A stretch of 64,000 bases of DNA, taken from Basidiobolus meristosporus CBS 931.73. Lineage: Eukaryota; Fungi; Basidiobolomycota. Where the stretch lies: contig MCFE01000410.1 of NCBI GenBank assembly GCA_002104905.1, positions 1-64,000 on the forward strand, written 5' to 3'. Positions 52,773 through 64,000 of this stretch are shown piece after piece. The notes under the pieces were generated by a model that did no database searches, was not told the origin of the DNA, and saw only the letters and a list, made by a program, of their open reading frames with translations. The position numbers and the translations under genes are program-made. The stretch's first letter is position 1; each line of letters opens with the position of its first letter.

Positions 52773-53322
52773 CACTTCAAGGTCACTCTCAACTCTGAGC
52801 CATGATATGGTATCATTTCGGGAAATTCAGCCATGTGCCTTACGTGTGCAACCAATAAAGCAATTTCCATTGATTTGCGATTCCGGGATTATGCAGCACG
52901 TGACTCATGCTCGTCCCAAACCAAATATGGGTTGGGGAGTGTGTTGACTGATGCTGGCAGATCTTGGCCGGAAGTGGTGAGCATTGCTGACTTGGATGGA
53001 ATGCTTCGTGAAAGGACAATTAGCGCCATAATCATTGCCAAGACAGTATTCTAGATACACCGTTCATCAAGTATAAACTAATTCGTCGACAATTGATCAC
53101 GTTTTCTTGGCTATAAGGCTAGATCTCTTTTATTACCAAACTCGCTATTCTGCCGGTCTCTAGTAAACAGTGGAGCCTTCAGCAATTTCTTGGTTTAATC
53201 TGGAGACATGAAACTCAGAAAACTAAGGCATTATGAATACAGATCACCTTGTCGCCGCAGCTAATAACGCTATAAATATAGACTATTGCTCACCTCAGTC
53301 CACTATCTAAACTCGCAACGCA

Positions 53323-53664
53323 ATGAAGTATCTCGCCGCCAAATCTCTCGCTGGTCTTGCCATCGTCTTAGCCGTCTCCGCCTCTGAGTACTTCCCCTTC
53401 AAGTATCCCACTCCGTGCATCACCGAGTGCTCCGTAAAGGCTGGTCAGGAGCTCATGGCCCACTACACCCAGGACTCTAGCAGCCCATACTTCATGGAGT
53501 CTCTCGGATTGCTTTGTGACTCGGAGAACCCCGACCAGGTCTCGTTCATGGTGAAGAGTGCCGAGTGTATCTTTGGTCAGTGCAATGGCTTTTCAGACAT
53601 CTCAAAGTTGACGGCCCTTGAGGGGCAGATTTGTCAATGGTATGCCGAACATCAAGAGCGTTGA
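53323..53664 (+). CDS. Small secreted six-Cys protein, array copy 1 (113 aa)
   Basis: Signal peptide (~20 aa) and C-x3-C-x28-C-x16-C-x4-C-x16-C. TATA box ~50 nt upstream, AATAAA downstream. Confidence 0.9.
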   Translation: MKYLAAKSLAGLAIVLAVSASEYFPFKYPTPCITECSVKAGQELMAHYTQDSSSPYFMESLGLLCDSENPDQVSFMVKSAECIFGQCNGFSDISKLTALEGQICQWYAEHQER

Positions 53665-54578
53665 GGCTACCCACAGCCTAATTCAATGAAATAAATGCAG
53701 AAAAAGTGAACTATTGTTAATATCCGTGGTCATTTGTTGCTGCCCCACAGTTAGTGTAATATTCTACCTGCTATCTGACTGAATACTCGTTCCACGTTTT
53801 ATCAATGTTGGGTGATCTTCCAGAAAAGAAGCAGACCTTCGACTTGCACTCCTTGAAGTTAAAGAGCTTTAGGACCATCTAAATTAATTCAAACCTGCAA
53901 TACCTGGGCGACAAGCGCGGCATGTGTCATTGAAAAAAGTTGGGTCAGCTTTGGAAAATTGGTAATGATTCGATTTTATCAATAAATGTCAGATGCCAAT
54001 GCAGTGGACATCCTGGAATGTTTTGTACATATGAAGTAGCCACTGTTCTACGAAATAGCATTAGTGATGAAGATCGCCATTTTCCAGACTATGGCTAGTT
54101 AACAAGCAACTATGCAAATCGCCTTGAAGGGACCGGCAGCACTTAACCCATTCGTGAACACTAGCCATACCGAGTCTCCAAGTCGATCAAAATTTGTATT
54201 CACTGACCATTTCATTTCAAATACATATAGTAGGCGAGCCATGAGTCAGAGTGCTCAGAAGAACTTGTGGCTTGGATAATAGGACCACTGGCATCATGGC
54301 GATTCTAGAACCCGGTTCATTGCCAAGACAATCATCTGGATGGATCTCCCATCAAACAGGGAGATTCGTCTTCAAATCACCACGTATACATAGACCCCGT
54401 GATTACCAAACATGCAGCTCTATCCGTTTCTGACTGCCAGATGAGTTCTACTCCAGCAAGCTGACTTTCGGTACTTGTCCATGGCAATGTTCCTCAGATT
54501 ATAGGCCCATAAGATGTTACAACCGCTATAAATATGGGCGATCCCTCACCTCAGCTCACTATCTAAACTCGCAACGCA

Positions 54579-54920
54579 ATGAAGTACTTCGCCGCCAAAT
54601 CTCTCGTTGGTCTTGCCATCGCCTTGGCCGTTTCTGCTTCTGAGTACTTCCCCTTCAAGTATCCCACTCCGTGCATCACTGAGTGCTCCGTAAAGGCTGG
54701 TCAGGAGCTCATGGCCCACTATACCCAGGACTCTAGCAGTCCATACTTCATGGAGTCTCTCGGATTGCTTTGTGACTCGGAGAACCCCGACCAGGTCTCG
54801 TTCATGGTGAAGAGTGCCGAGTGCATCTTCGATCAGTGCGATGGAATTGCAGACATCTCCAAGCTAATGGCCCTTGAGGGTCAAATTTGTCAATGGTATA
54901 GTGAGCATAAATCTATCTAA
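54579..54920 (+). CDS. Small secreted six-Cys protein, array copy 2 (113 aa)
   Basis: As copy 1; residues 21-84 identical. Confidence 0.9.
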   Translation: MKYFAAKSLVGLAIALAVSASEYFPFKYPTPCITECSVKAGQELMAHYTQDSSSPYFMESLGLLCDSENPDQVSFMVKSAECIFDQCDGIADISKLMALEGQICQWYSEHKSI

Positions 54921-55696
54921 GTCCCTTTATACCCACGTGCAATAAACAAACTAAATTAGTAATGATGCAAAGGAGTGAACTACTGCTCAGCGTATTGTTC
55001 AATTCAGGAGGATGTGAGAGGAAACAATGATTATTCTGCCATCGAAGCTACCTGTTACTAGGGATGACACGACTAGCTTGATAGTTGAGGCAAATACTAA
55101 GCGGGGAATCGAATTCGGTTTCCCTGTTAACCCTGTCCATGTAGCCATGATTGCACATCGTAATAGATTAGTCATAAAGTAGCATGCAAAATCCAAAAGT
55201 GGATCTATCAAGAACGAGAAAATAACATATGTATATCTTATATCACCATCGAAGTCCCTAAGAAAGTAACCTCACCGATGACTGAATCAGAGATTAGTAA
55301 TCTTGATATTAGTTTACTGAGCCAGATCCAAGCGGAATTGGAACGATTTGGATAGCCGAAAACAACCCAACACCTCGGGGATAGCTTCGTACATACTAAT
55401 GTGACTCTAAAAGGCCAGCGTTGCCAAGTTAATTTTCTGGACGGTTCCCTCGGCAAACAATCACGAGTTGGTTCACCGCTGATCACTAATACATGGTCTA
55501 AGGGCTAGAACCCCGAGACTACCAGTCTGGCTATTCAATCCGTTTCTGGCCAAGGGAAGTATTCTACACCAGCATTATACTTGAAGATATACCTCATGAA
55601 GAATGGGAAATGGAAAGCTAAGCTTCGGAAGGAACTCAAAGTACTATATATATGGGCTATTACTCACCTCAGCTCACTATCTAAACTCGCAACGCA

Positions 55697-56038
55697 ATGA
55701 AGTACTTCGCCGCCAAATCTCTTGCTAGTCTTGCCGTCGCCTTGGCCGTTTCTGCTTCTGAGTACTTCCCCTTCAAGTATCCCACTCCGTGCATCACCGA
55801 GTGCTCCGTAAAGGCTGGTCAGGAGCTCATGGCCCACTACACCCAGGACTCTAGCAGTCCATACTTCATGGAGTCTCTCGGATTGCTTTGTGACTCGGAG
55901 AACCCCGACCAGGTCTCGTTCATGGTGAAGAGTGCCGAGTGTATCTTTGATCAGTGCGATGGAATTGCAGACATCTCCAAGCTAATGGCCCTTGAGGGGC
56001 AAATCTGCCAATGGTATGCCAAGCATAAATCTGACTAG
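55697..56038 (+). CDS. Small secreted six-Cys protein, array copy 3 (113 aa)
   Basis: As copy 1; residues 21-84 identical. Confidence 0.9.
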   Translation: MKYFAAKSLASLAVALAVSASEYFPFKYPTPCITECSVKAGQELMAHYTQDSSSPYFMESLGLLCDSENPDQVSFMVKSAECIFDQCDGIADISKLMALEGQICQWYAKHKSD

Positions 56039-56980
56039 GATCTTTCACAACTATATTCAATAAATCCAATGAATAATGATACGACCCAAGCGAGTTGTTT
56101 ATCATATTGAAGTTTTAGTCACTAGTCTGCTATCACACATTGCCACTACCCAGATGTCAGCAACCAGCTGGAGTTTATCTGTTTTCATTCGCTTGACAGT
56201 TAACTGGCCTAAACGGTAGCACATGCCCCAAGCCAGCACCGCTAAAGCGGGTAAGTGCCCTCGCGAGTCTATATTTCTGATAAACCCTTCGCATGCACTT
56301 TGATGCTCCTCGTTATGATGAAATTCGCTGATTAGCGTAATAGGCAACCAAGTAACGCTGATTCTCTTCTCTTTATCCGCGGGATAACGATCGTCCTTTT
56401 ATATCGATGGCATTTCGTACCCGTCGCATGTCCTTGACACCTGGTACTACCAAACATATCTGCACTGTAATGAATCGTGGGGTGGGGGGGGGGAATTGGT
56501 AGAACTGCTATGGTCCGGGCTCAATCGCGCTCAGGATTCGATGAAAGTGGACTAGAGTCATGGTGTAATGTGTGAGATCAAATATTAATGTATCGAACGC
56601 CATTGCCATTCAACCAATTTGTAGTGGCATTCATGATGCCATTTGCCACTATCCGGAGTAGCGGTTATAGGTTCGCCATCAGGAAATCGCAACGAGTTGC
56701 TCTTCACCCAAGTTATAATTCTAGATTCAACACATTGCCAAGACAATATTCTGGATCGATCTCGCATCAAACAAACGTGGATTTGTCGTCAATTGACCAC
56801 GTATACGTGGCTTTAGGGCTAGAACCACAAGGTTGCTTGCTCGCATGACTATCTGTGTACGGCAGGCAAACGAGTCTTGCTCTAGTAATTGCTCATGTTC
56901 CCTTTGCCTTATAAGAGGCTTAAAGCACTATAAATAAGAACCACTCTTCAACTTAGATAGTTATCTAAACTTGAAACACA

Positions 56981-57322
56981 ATGAAGTACTTCGCCGCCAA
57001 ATCTCTTGCTGGTCTTGCCGTCGCCTTGGCCGTTTCTGCTTCTGAGTACTTCCCCTTCAAGTATCCCACTCCGTGCATCACCGAGTGCTCCGTAAAGGCT
57101 GGTCAGGAGCTCATGGCCCACTACACCCAGGACTCTAGCAGTCCATACTTCATGGAGTCTCTCGGATTGCTTTGTGACTCGGAGAACCCCGACCAGGTCT
57201 CGTTCATGGTGAAGAGTGCCGAGTGTATCTTTGATCAGTGCGATGGAATTGCAGACATCTCCAAGCTAATGGCCCTTGAGGGGCAAATTTGTCAGTGGTA
57301 TGCTCAGCATAAAGAAAATTAA
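56981..57322 (+). CDS. Small secreted six-Cys protein, array copy 4 (113 aa)
   Basis: As copy 1; CDS nearly identical to copy 3 although the 5' leader is diverged. Confidence 0.9.
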   Translation: MKYFAAKSLAGLAVALAVSASEYFPFKYPTPCITECSVKAGQELMAHYTQDSSSPYFMESLGLLCDSENPDQVSFMVKSAECIFDQCDGIADISKLMALEGQICQWYAQHKEN

Positions 57323-57966
57323 GGCTGTTTACAGTACTTCATAATAAAGCAGCGGAATTAAAACCCGACCCTAAATGATGTAGAAAAAAGAGAGGTATTT
57401 TTCAGAGTGCTGGTAAAGATGAGTGAGAGAGAAAGCCAATTCATTATTCCTCGGAATAGTTCTGGTAAGAATGTTGTGACCAGTGCATGTAGCTATGGTT
57501 GTTGATAGTATTTGGGTGGTTTAGCCAGGCCTATCTAGTATCGGAGATTAGCAATCTTGATATTAGTTTACCGAGCCAGATCCAAGTGGAATCGGAATGA
57601 ATTGGATAGCCAAAAACGACCCAACACCTCGGGGATAGCTTCGTAGACACCAATAAGGCTCTAGAATGCTCGCATTGCCAAGTCAATTTTCTGGACGGTT
57701 CCCTTATCAAGCAAGTGCGAATTGGTCCACAATCGACCGCTCATTTATAGCCCAAGGGCTAGAACCCCAATATTACCAGGCTCGCGATTCCATCCGTTTC
57801 TGGCCAACGAAAGTATGCTACTCCAGTAATTTGTCTTGCTGCCGTTGTACCTGAAGATAACCCTCTTGAGAAATAGGAAATGGAAAGGCAAGCCTCATGA
57901 GGAGCTCATAACGCTATATATATGGGCTACTCCTCACCTAAGTTCTCTATCTAAACTCGCAACGCA

Positions 57967-58308
57967 ATGAAGTACTTCGCCGCCAAATCTCTCGCTGGTC
58001 TTGCCATCGTCTTAGCCGTCTCCGCCTCTGAGTACTTCCCCTTCAAGTATCCCACTCCGTGCATCACCGAGTGCTCCGTAAAGGCTGGTCAGGAGCTCAT
58101 GGCCCACTACACCCAGGACTCTAGCAGTCCATACTTCATGGAGTCTCTCGGATTGCTTTGTGACTCGGAGAACCCCGACCAGGTCTCGTTCATGGTGAAG
58201 AGTGCCGAGTGTATCTTTGGTCAGTGCAATGGCTTTTCAGACATCTCAAAGTTGACTGCTCTTGAAGGGCAAATCTGCCAATGGTATAGCGAGCATAAAT
58301 CCAACTGA
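57967..58308 (+). CDS. Small secreted six-Cys protein, array copy 5 (113 aa)
   Basis: As copy 1; shares its signal-peptide and residue 85-97 variants with copy 1. Confidence 0.9.
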   Translation: MKYFAAKSLAGLAIVLAVSASEYFPFKYPTPCITECSVKAGQELMAHYTQDSSSPYFMESLGLLCDSENPDQVSFMVKSAECIFGQCNGFSDISKLTALEGQICQWYSEHKSN

Positions 58309-59432
58309 GGTTTTCTGCAACAAAATACAATAAACCCAATGAAAAATGGCATGGAAATAGTGGATTCATTATTGTTTTTCTGGGATACTTCTCATAACGT
58401 TAATTGACTGAGACCAATCAAATTGTAATATTGGCATTGTCTAGTCGAAACAGGCGTTAATGCTTATGCTGGAGTTTTTGATATTTAAAGTGCATTCGAA
58501 AACCCCCATGATAATCTATTGGAACTCTCTGGGAAAGGTGGTTGCAATACTTGAGGCCTGAAATCATCGAACTCTGTATACTTACCGGTTATCCAAGAAA
58601 TAGACATGCCCACGAAATTCACCTGTGAACCTAAGCTTTTGTCAGGTCAATAAAATTTATCTTCAGCAAAGAATAACATCAATGGTGTAAGAAATCAAGG
58701 TACCAGTATCAGTTGACCCACTGATCTCACAACATAAGGGACAATCAAATGTAAGTGTCCATTGGAATCTTGCTTGTGCACTGAAAAGTATCCAAAATTA
58801 CTTGACATATAGGGGGTCAAATGAATCTGAATATTCCCGCTGAAACTGGTAGCCTAGTATTGCTTTACATCAATTAAACCAGATAGCACGACATGCTTTA
58901 TAATTTTTGGTTTAAGGCACGTATGCGAATTGTCTTCTGATGTATTGGATTTCCGCCTTGCTAATGTCAACTGTAGAGGTATTTAATGTACACGATAGAA
59001 ATACCACATGAGAATCAGCCAAAATCCGAATCTTAATCTCATCACTTTCAATAATTCAGGCTTGGAGGCTATGTTAGAGTATGTCGCTGTATGAAATGCA
59101 CACGCGTTCACGTGGAATATAATACATGGCCAGAAGTCATGAGTAATACACCATTTTTGGAGCACACAGCAAATATTGGGGAAGCAGAGAAATATTTGCT
59201 AAAATCGAATTGCACACTCATTTTACGATTATCGCAAACAGAATTTGGTGCAGTGAATGTTCAAAAACCATAGAGTTGACTAAACAGCCACATATGAATG
59301 CATAACCCCTTGATTTTCCTTAATCCCTGCAAACACCACACTCCATTCTTACCCGTTTCACAATTTCTGTTCACGCCAATAATAAACCCTCTTTAGCAAC
59401 GAGAGTTGGCCAATTTTATTGAGAATTCTCTT

Positions 59433-59951
59433 TTAACTGTAATCGCCAGGAATGACGGTCCTGCATCCTTCGGTACTGAGCCCCATGTTGCAGTCATTCT
59501 TCTCATTACAACAGCGGATGCAGTACTCTCCAACATCAGGCTCGATCAAACTGACGAAGTAGGTGTAACCATCACATCCTGACTCCGGTGGGGCGCCTCG
59601 GTTGTCGAACTGGCCGCCACCATCGCTGCGTGACATGTTGTATGTTTCGGGGTTCATTTTACCAGTCACTTGGACGTAGGTGCCTGTCTGATTGAAGTGC
59701 GCAGTTTCAATGAATCCCTGTGGAAGTGGCAGCGCCTTGGGCGCCACCGAAGTTGGCTTCGTGCAGAATACCACTGCATCATGCTCATGCTGACCAATGA
59801 TCATTGCCGGCTTTGGAGGTAGGAAGAGGCAGAAATCGGTAGCATTGTTCACGACTGTGAGGTGGTTGATGCTGGGGTCGCCGACGGTAATGGGCTTACC
59901 AACAACTGAATAGACAGATAGTATTGTGCAAACCAGGTTTCGGATGAACAT
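59433..59951 (-). CDS. Secreted eight-Cys protein, 172 aa, resembling the fungal MP88/macrophage-activating-glycoprotein-like domain
   Basis: Signal peptide. Motifs DFCLFLPP...IG.HE..AVVFCT, YVQVTG, DGGGQFD and IEP...YCIRCC...GC. TATA-like box near 60006-60012. Family name is from memory. Confidence 0.75.
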   Translation of the reverse strand: MFIRNLVCTILSVYSVVGKPITVGDPSINHLTVVNNATDFCLFLPPKPAMIIGQHEHDAVVFCTKPTSVAPKALPLPQGFIETAHFNQTGTYVQVTGKMNPETYNMSRSDGGGQFDNRGAPPESGCDGYTYFVSLIEPDVGEYCIRCCNEKNDCNMGLSTEGCRTVIPGDYS

Positions 59952-61379
59952 CTCGAGTAAAGCTACTTGTTTGTTGAATGATCATTCTTCCCAGACCTGG
60001 TCTCATATTTATAATCCGTTTGTCAAGACCGATATATCTACCGAAATGCGTGGGCTCGGGTTTACGGCGGTAAACTGAGAATCACCAACGGCTCTAGTTG
60101 ATGCTCGGATCATAATGTGGCTTATCGGTGTCTTCTAGAGGGCGCCAACGCCAAAGAACGTCAACCTTATTAAACCGACCCTCACCACTCTACGAAATCG
60201 TGCCTGTTTTGGAAATACACTGAGTGAGTAATTTCTCAACATCCATCTGTCAACCGAGTACAAAATGACAGCGAGTAAATAGGAGTACAGCTGGCAATCA
60301 AAAATCAGTGGTCACGTCATGATGATGGCTATAGGATCCGTCCAAAGGAATGCGCCTGGTTAGTATTTGTCACTGCCGCCCTCGATAGAACTACTACGTA
60401 TTAGCAAAGCAGAGTTGTTCCATCAGATGTGTATATATGGATTTGGCAAGACTTTATATAGTCAAGTATTTGAATGTGACGAGTTTTACTAAACGGAAAT
60501 GGTAAATGTGATTCTCGGAAATTATCGAATTAGAAAATAGGATGTTTCTAAATCCCAAGAAATCACTGGGGATTGCGTTTCATTTTTCGATCAAGTCAAC
60601 AAAAATATCAGCAACTTCGCAAAGCTTTACGGAAGGTAAGAACCGTAACACATTCGATTCACCCACAATTTTACAAATCTCCAGAATTTCGAGTTGGTAA
60701 ATTCCTACTTACCGTTGTTGGGAAGATTAGTGTAGCTTTGATTCTTACCGATTTCTTATGGCCTGATCAAGGAGCTCACAATTCTCACCTGAGCAACGAT
60801 TGTAAGACTGCTCTGTAGCAGGCTCTTGACTCCAATTATTCATGGGATTTTTAAGCCTGATCGGTCACCAGTATTTGATTGATTATTAATAGATGACGTG
60901 CTGATAATGACATATTCGATTAGCTTAGCATCTATGTTAAAAATATTAGTTATTGACTCAGTTTTCAGCTTGTATGATTATGCAAAATTCACAGTTAAGT
61001 GGAAGCCTTGTAAATACAAAATCTCCGGCATATCCAAACTGCTAAGATTTTATCCTCTAGCACTTGGATATATCATTTGACTAATTGCCAGATTTTCAAT
61101 TATTAACTACATAAAACCACCATATAAAATCAGCTAAGATCAGTTACTTGATGAAATTCCTCAAATTTATCCAAAAGACCTATATGTATTTCCTTAACTT
61201 TCTGGGGCCATTCCTGCTACATTGTAAGATCTTACAATACAGATCACCTTCCTCCTGGTTGTTGTGAATTGTGTATTTACACCTAGATATTTACATTAGC
61301 TTATCTCAGTGTATAAGCTTTGCTATTTCCTGTCCAGATTATTTTCACTACAACATCAAGTACCCGAAATATGAGAATT

Positions 61380-61540
61380 ACCAAAGCTGTGTACCAAATG
61401 CCTCAAACTGTGCACCCATAATCTTGTGAGCTTTCTAAACATAATCCTTGAGTTTGTAATGTGAAAGTATAAGTACCGCTTATATATTCGATTAAGTGGA
61501 AACCACGCAATCTGCTAGTTGATCCAATCACAAGGAATAT
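61380..61540 (+). repeat. Highly degraded copia LTR fragment
   Basis: caaactgtgcac...aagtataagtacc...aagtggaaaccacgcaatc...ccaatcac parallels the 349-bp LTR. Confidence 0.5.
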
Positions 61541-63491
61541 TTCCTAAGCTCTTAGAACAATAATTTCCTCATTATCATTGCAAAAATATTTAGTCTAGTA
61601 CTTCTATTTTGGAAGTACTCTGTAGAATCAGCCGATTAAATCGATACCCATATATTGGACGACTCAAATATCAAGATGATAATAAGAGTAGAGTACAAGA
61701 TTATCCTCGGAAGTTATGTATAGTATAGCATGGGATCATTTGGGCAAGCTTCAAAATATCGATAGCTTCCGGAACTTGACTAATTCCATATTCCGTGGTC
61801 CAACAATTAGTGAAATGGAAACTTCAATGTATCATTCGGACGCTAAACTAAAGAACATATATAGAATTGCCCAGTCACTGGAAGCCTTGAGTTTGGCGGA
61901 AGGTATTCGGAGATTTCTGGTGGCACTAATGCTGCATCAGAGTTTGGTGGTTTTCAAGCGCCTATACCGAGGTTCGGTTGGGTAAACAATTTACCAAGCG
62001 ATGAAACTATCCTGAACACCAGGGAATCCCAATATTTGCTTGTATCACCCAGTTTGGTCGAAATTACCAAGATCATCGTTCAGGTTAACCTTAAAAAGGC
62101 TTCGGAATCTATCAAGCCACTAAAGGCTTGGGATACGCGGAAGTCCGAGGAAGTAGGGCCAATGAATATCGCTTAAACTGGAGCCGTGTGAGGGAATCGA
62201 CATCAGTTGCAGTAGTAAACTAACAGGGCCAATCACACTCATTTGATTCGTGATCCAAGCGGATTTTATAGGTAAAGACTAAACATCACATAACTTAGCA
62301 CGCATACCGACATTCCTTATGTTCCAATTCCCTGATATTGACTAGTCAATCCACAGAAGCCCTTCATGACGCATAGTTGAGGCATTCTGGGCTAGCGCCA
62401 TTAGGAAAGGGTGCAAATTACTCGGGCAGTACATTAATTTGTGAGACAAACATAAGAAATCTTTGTCCATTACATGTCCTAAACACCGATGGAAGAATAC
62501 AATCCAAGATGTTTCGCACTTCTTCAAAGGTCAAATTTGACTACCGGGTATCAAATCGGCTTACGTACCAACCATCAAGACCTTTGTCGCATGTACGTAG
62601 TTCTTTGCTAGTTAAAATAACCAAGTAACTGAGTTGGCGGATGGGACTATAAGAATTCGTAGGATTACCGGCCACTTCAGAACTCCATATAATTCTAGAA
62701 AAAAGGTCTGTGAGGATATATCTCTAGGGGCACATCCAGCTGTTGATAATTGGTACGGCAGAATGAAGTCCACATATCCAGGTCCAGTTTAGGACTTAGT
62801 TCTCGGCTAGATCAAATCAATCCAAAATTGGATAAAGCCCCGGCTTCCTTGTCGTGTCCAATTGCAACCAATCTAGTATGGGCCCATTCTGCACCTCTCT
62901 CTTCACTCTCTACTCCATTGTGACATACGACGATGTATTTCACCCTCACTGCCTCTCTCTACATCCATCTCCGAAGTCCACCACATCATCCAAGGTATAA
63001 CTTACTTATCATACCTAGCCGTCTTGGGAGTCAAAAAGATTTTTCGGATTCACCAAATGATTGGAAGTATTAAGGGAACCATATACCACTTATAGAATCA
63101 GTGTTAATCAGGAGCATCACTACCTATCTGGGTATATGAAGTTTTCATTTTTAGATTTTTGATTTAGTGCCAAATCGGGTAAGTTACGATTAAGGTACCA
63201 CCAAAAATAGAATATTTCCAGGTTTGCCAAGTTTACCTATTTAGGCCTGAGACATAAAGAGGAACTCGGGTTGACATGAGAGACAAATGTGGTAAAAGTT
63301 AAGAAACTGTATACCATAATGGAGAGTTACCTTGATTAGGTAAAGATGTCATTGATGTCCATTTGGTAAACATGGTAGCGGATATTGTCGGATCGTGATT
63401 ATAAATACCAAGTGTTTCAGCAGGCTGTCAACCAAAAATCTTTTTCACACCACCAATCTTCCTATCCTTCCACGGCAGATCTTAATCCAAA

Positions 63492-64000
63492 ATGAGACTC
63501 GTCCCCAGAGAAATGGATAAGCTTATGCTTCACCAAGTCGGCTACTTGGCCCAGATGCGTCTTGCCAGAGGTATCCAGCTCAACCACAGTGAAGCCAGCG
63601 CCCTCATCGCCTCCCAAGCCTTGGAATTCATGAGAGATGGTAAGCACTCTGTTGCCGAAATCATGGACCTCGGTCGTCAGTTCTTGGGTAGAAGACATGT
63701 CCGTCCTGCTGTTATGGCTACTCTTCACGAGGTGCAAATCGAGGGTACCTTTACCGAGGGTACTTTCTTGGTTACCATTCACGATCCCATCTGTACCGAT
63801 GATGGTAACCTTGAGCTTGCTCTTTATGGATCCTTCTTGCCTATCCCATCCATGGATATCTTCCCCGCTGTCGCCCCCGTTGATAAGAAGGCTCTTCCTG
63901 GATCTTTGGAGCTTCGTACCGAAAAGATCGTTCTTGTCCCCAACAGAGAGCGTGTCGCTGTCGTTGTTACTAACAATGGTGACAGACCCATCCAAGTTGG
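63492..64000 (+). CDS. URE1: Urease, eukaryotic fused gamma-beta-alpha type; 5' part only, runs off the window
   Basis: MRLVPREMDKLMLHQVGYLAQMRLARGIQLNHSEASALIASQ...EVQIEGTF..GTFLVTIHDPI...VTNNGDRPIQVG. TATAAATA at 63400. Not in the ORF track because the stop lies outside the window. Confidence 0.96.
   Translation, partial: MRLVPREMDKLMLHQVGYLAQMRLARGIQLNHSEASALIASQALEFMRDGKHSVAEIMDLGRQFLGRRHVRPAVMATLHEVQIEGTFTEGTFLVTIHDPICTDDGNLELALYGSFLPIPSMDIFPAVAPVDKKALPGSLELRTEKIVLVPNRERVAVVVTNNGDRPIQV

Noticed and set aside
58540-58740. Possible degraded RT remnant; also KFTYLG near 63225
   Set aside because: Single short motifs without supporting neighbouring domains.
60100-63350. Short ORFs (60573, 61716, 62377) between the MP88-like gene and urease
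   Set aside because: No signal peptide, motif or convincing splice structure; partly degraded repeat.
63462-63995. 177-aa minus-strand ORF
   Set aside because: Antisense shadow of the urease CDS on the + strand.

Overview
Fungal genomic DNA: short GT-AG introns with CTAAC branch sites, a YVC1-type channel and a fused urease. An early-diverging, repeat-inflated lineage such as Entomophthorales is my inference and is unproven. The window has two compartments. (1) 1-~43.4 kb is a CpG-depleted stack of nested transposons: Ty1/copia debris and solo LTRs, PIF/Harbinger and CACTA transposase remnants, and Ty3/gypsy elements. One Ty3 (8065-13003) is young and full length, with apparently identical 368-bp LTRs, a 4-bp TSD and an open 1377-aa gag-pol. 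Several solo LTRs of ~1.07 kb and 0.8 kb sit on (G/C)CGG target sites. (2) ~43.6-64 kb is a CpG-retaining gene island: a 7-exon TRP/YVC1 channel, a 2-exon ZIP zinc transporter, a run of eight intronless signal-peptide genes, and the 5' part of urease. The most striking structure is a five-copy tandem array of a 113-aa six-cysteine secreted protein. Its coding core is homogenised, its N- and C-terminal segments are shuffled in a pattern that contradicts the ancestry of the spacers (a gene-conversion signature), and all five promoters keep a TTGCCAAG motif. All coordinates and alignments were read by eye; family names come from motif recognition, not database searches.
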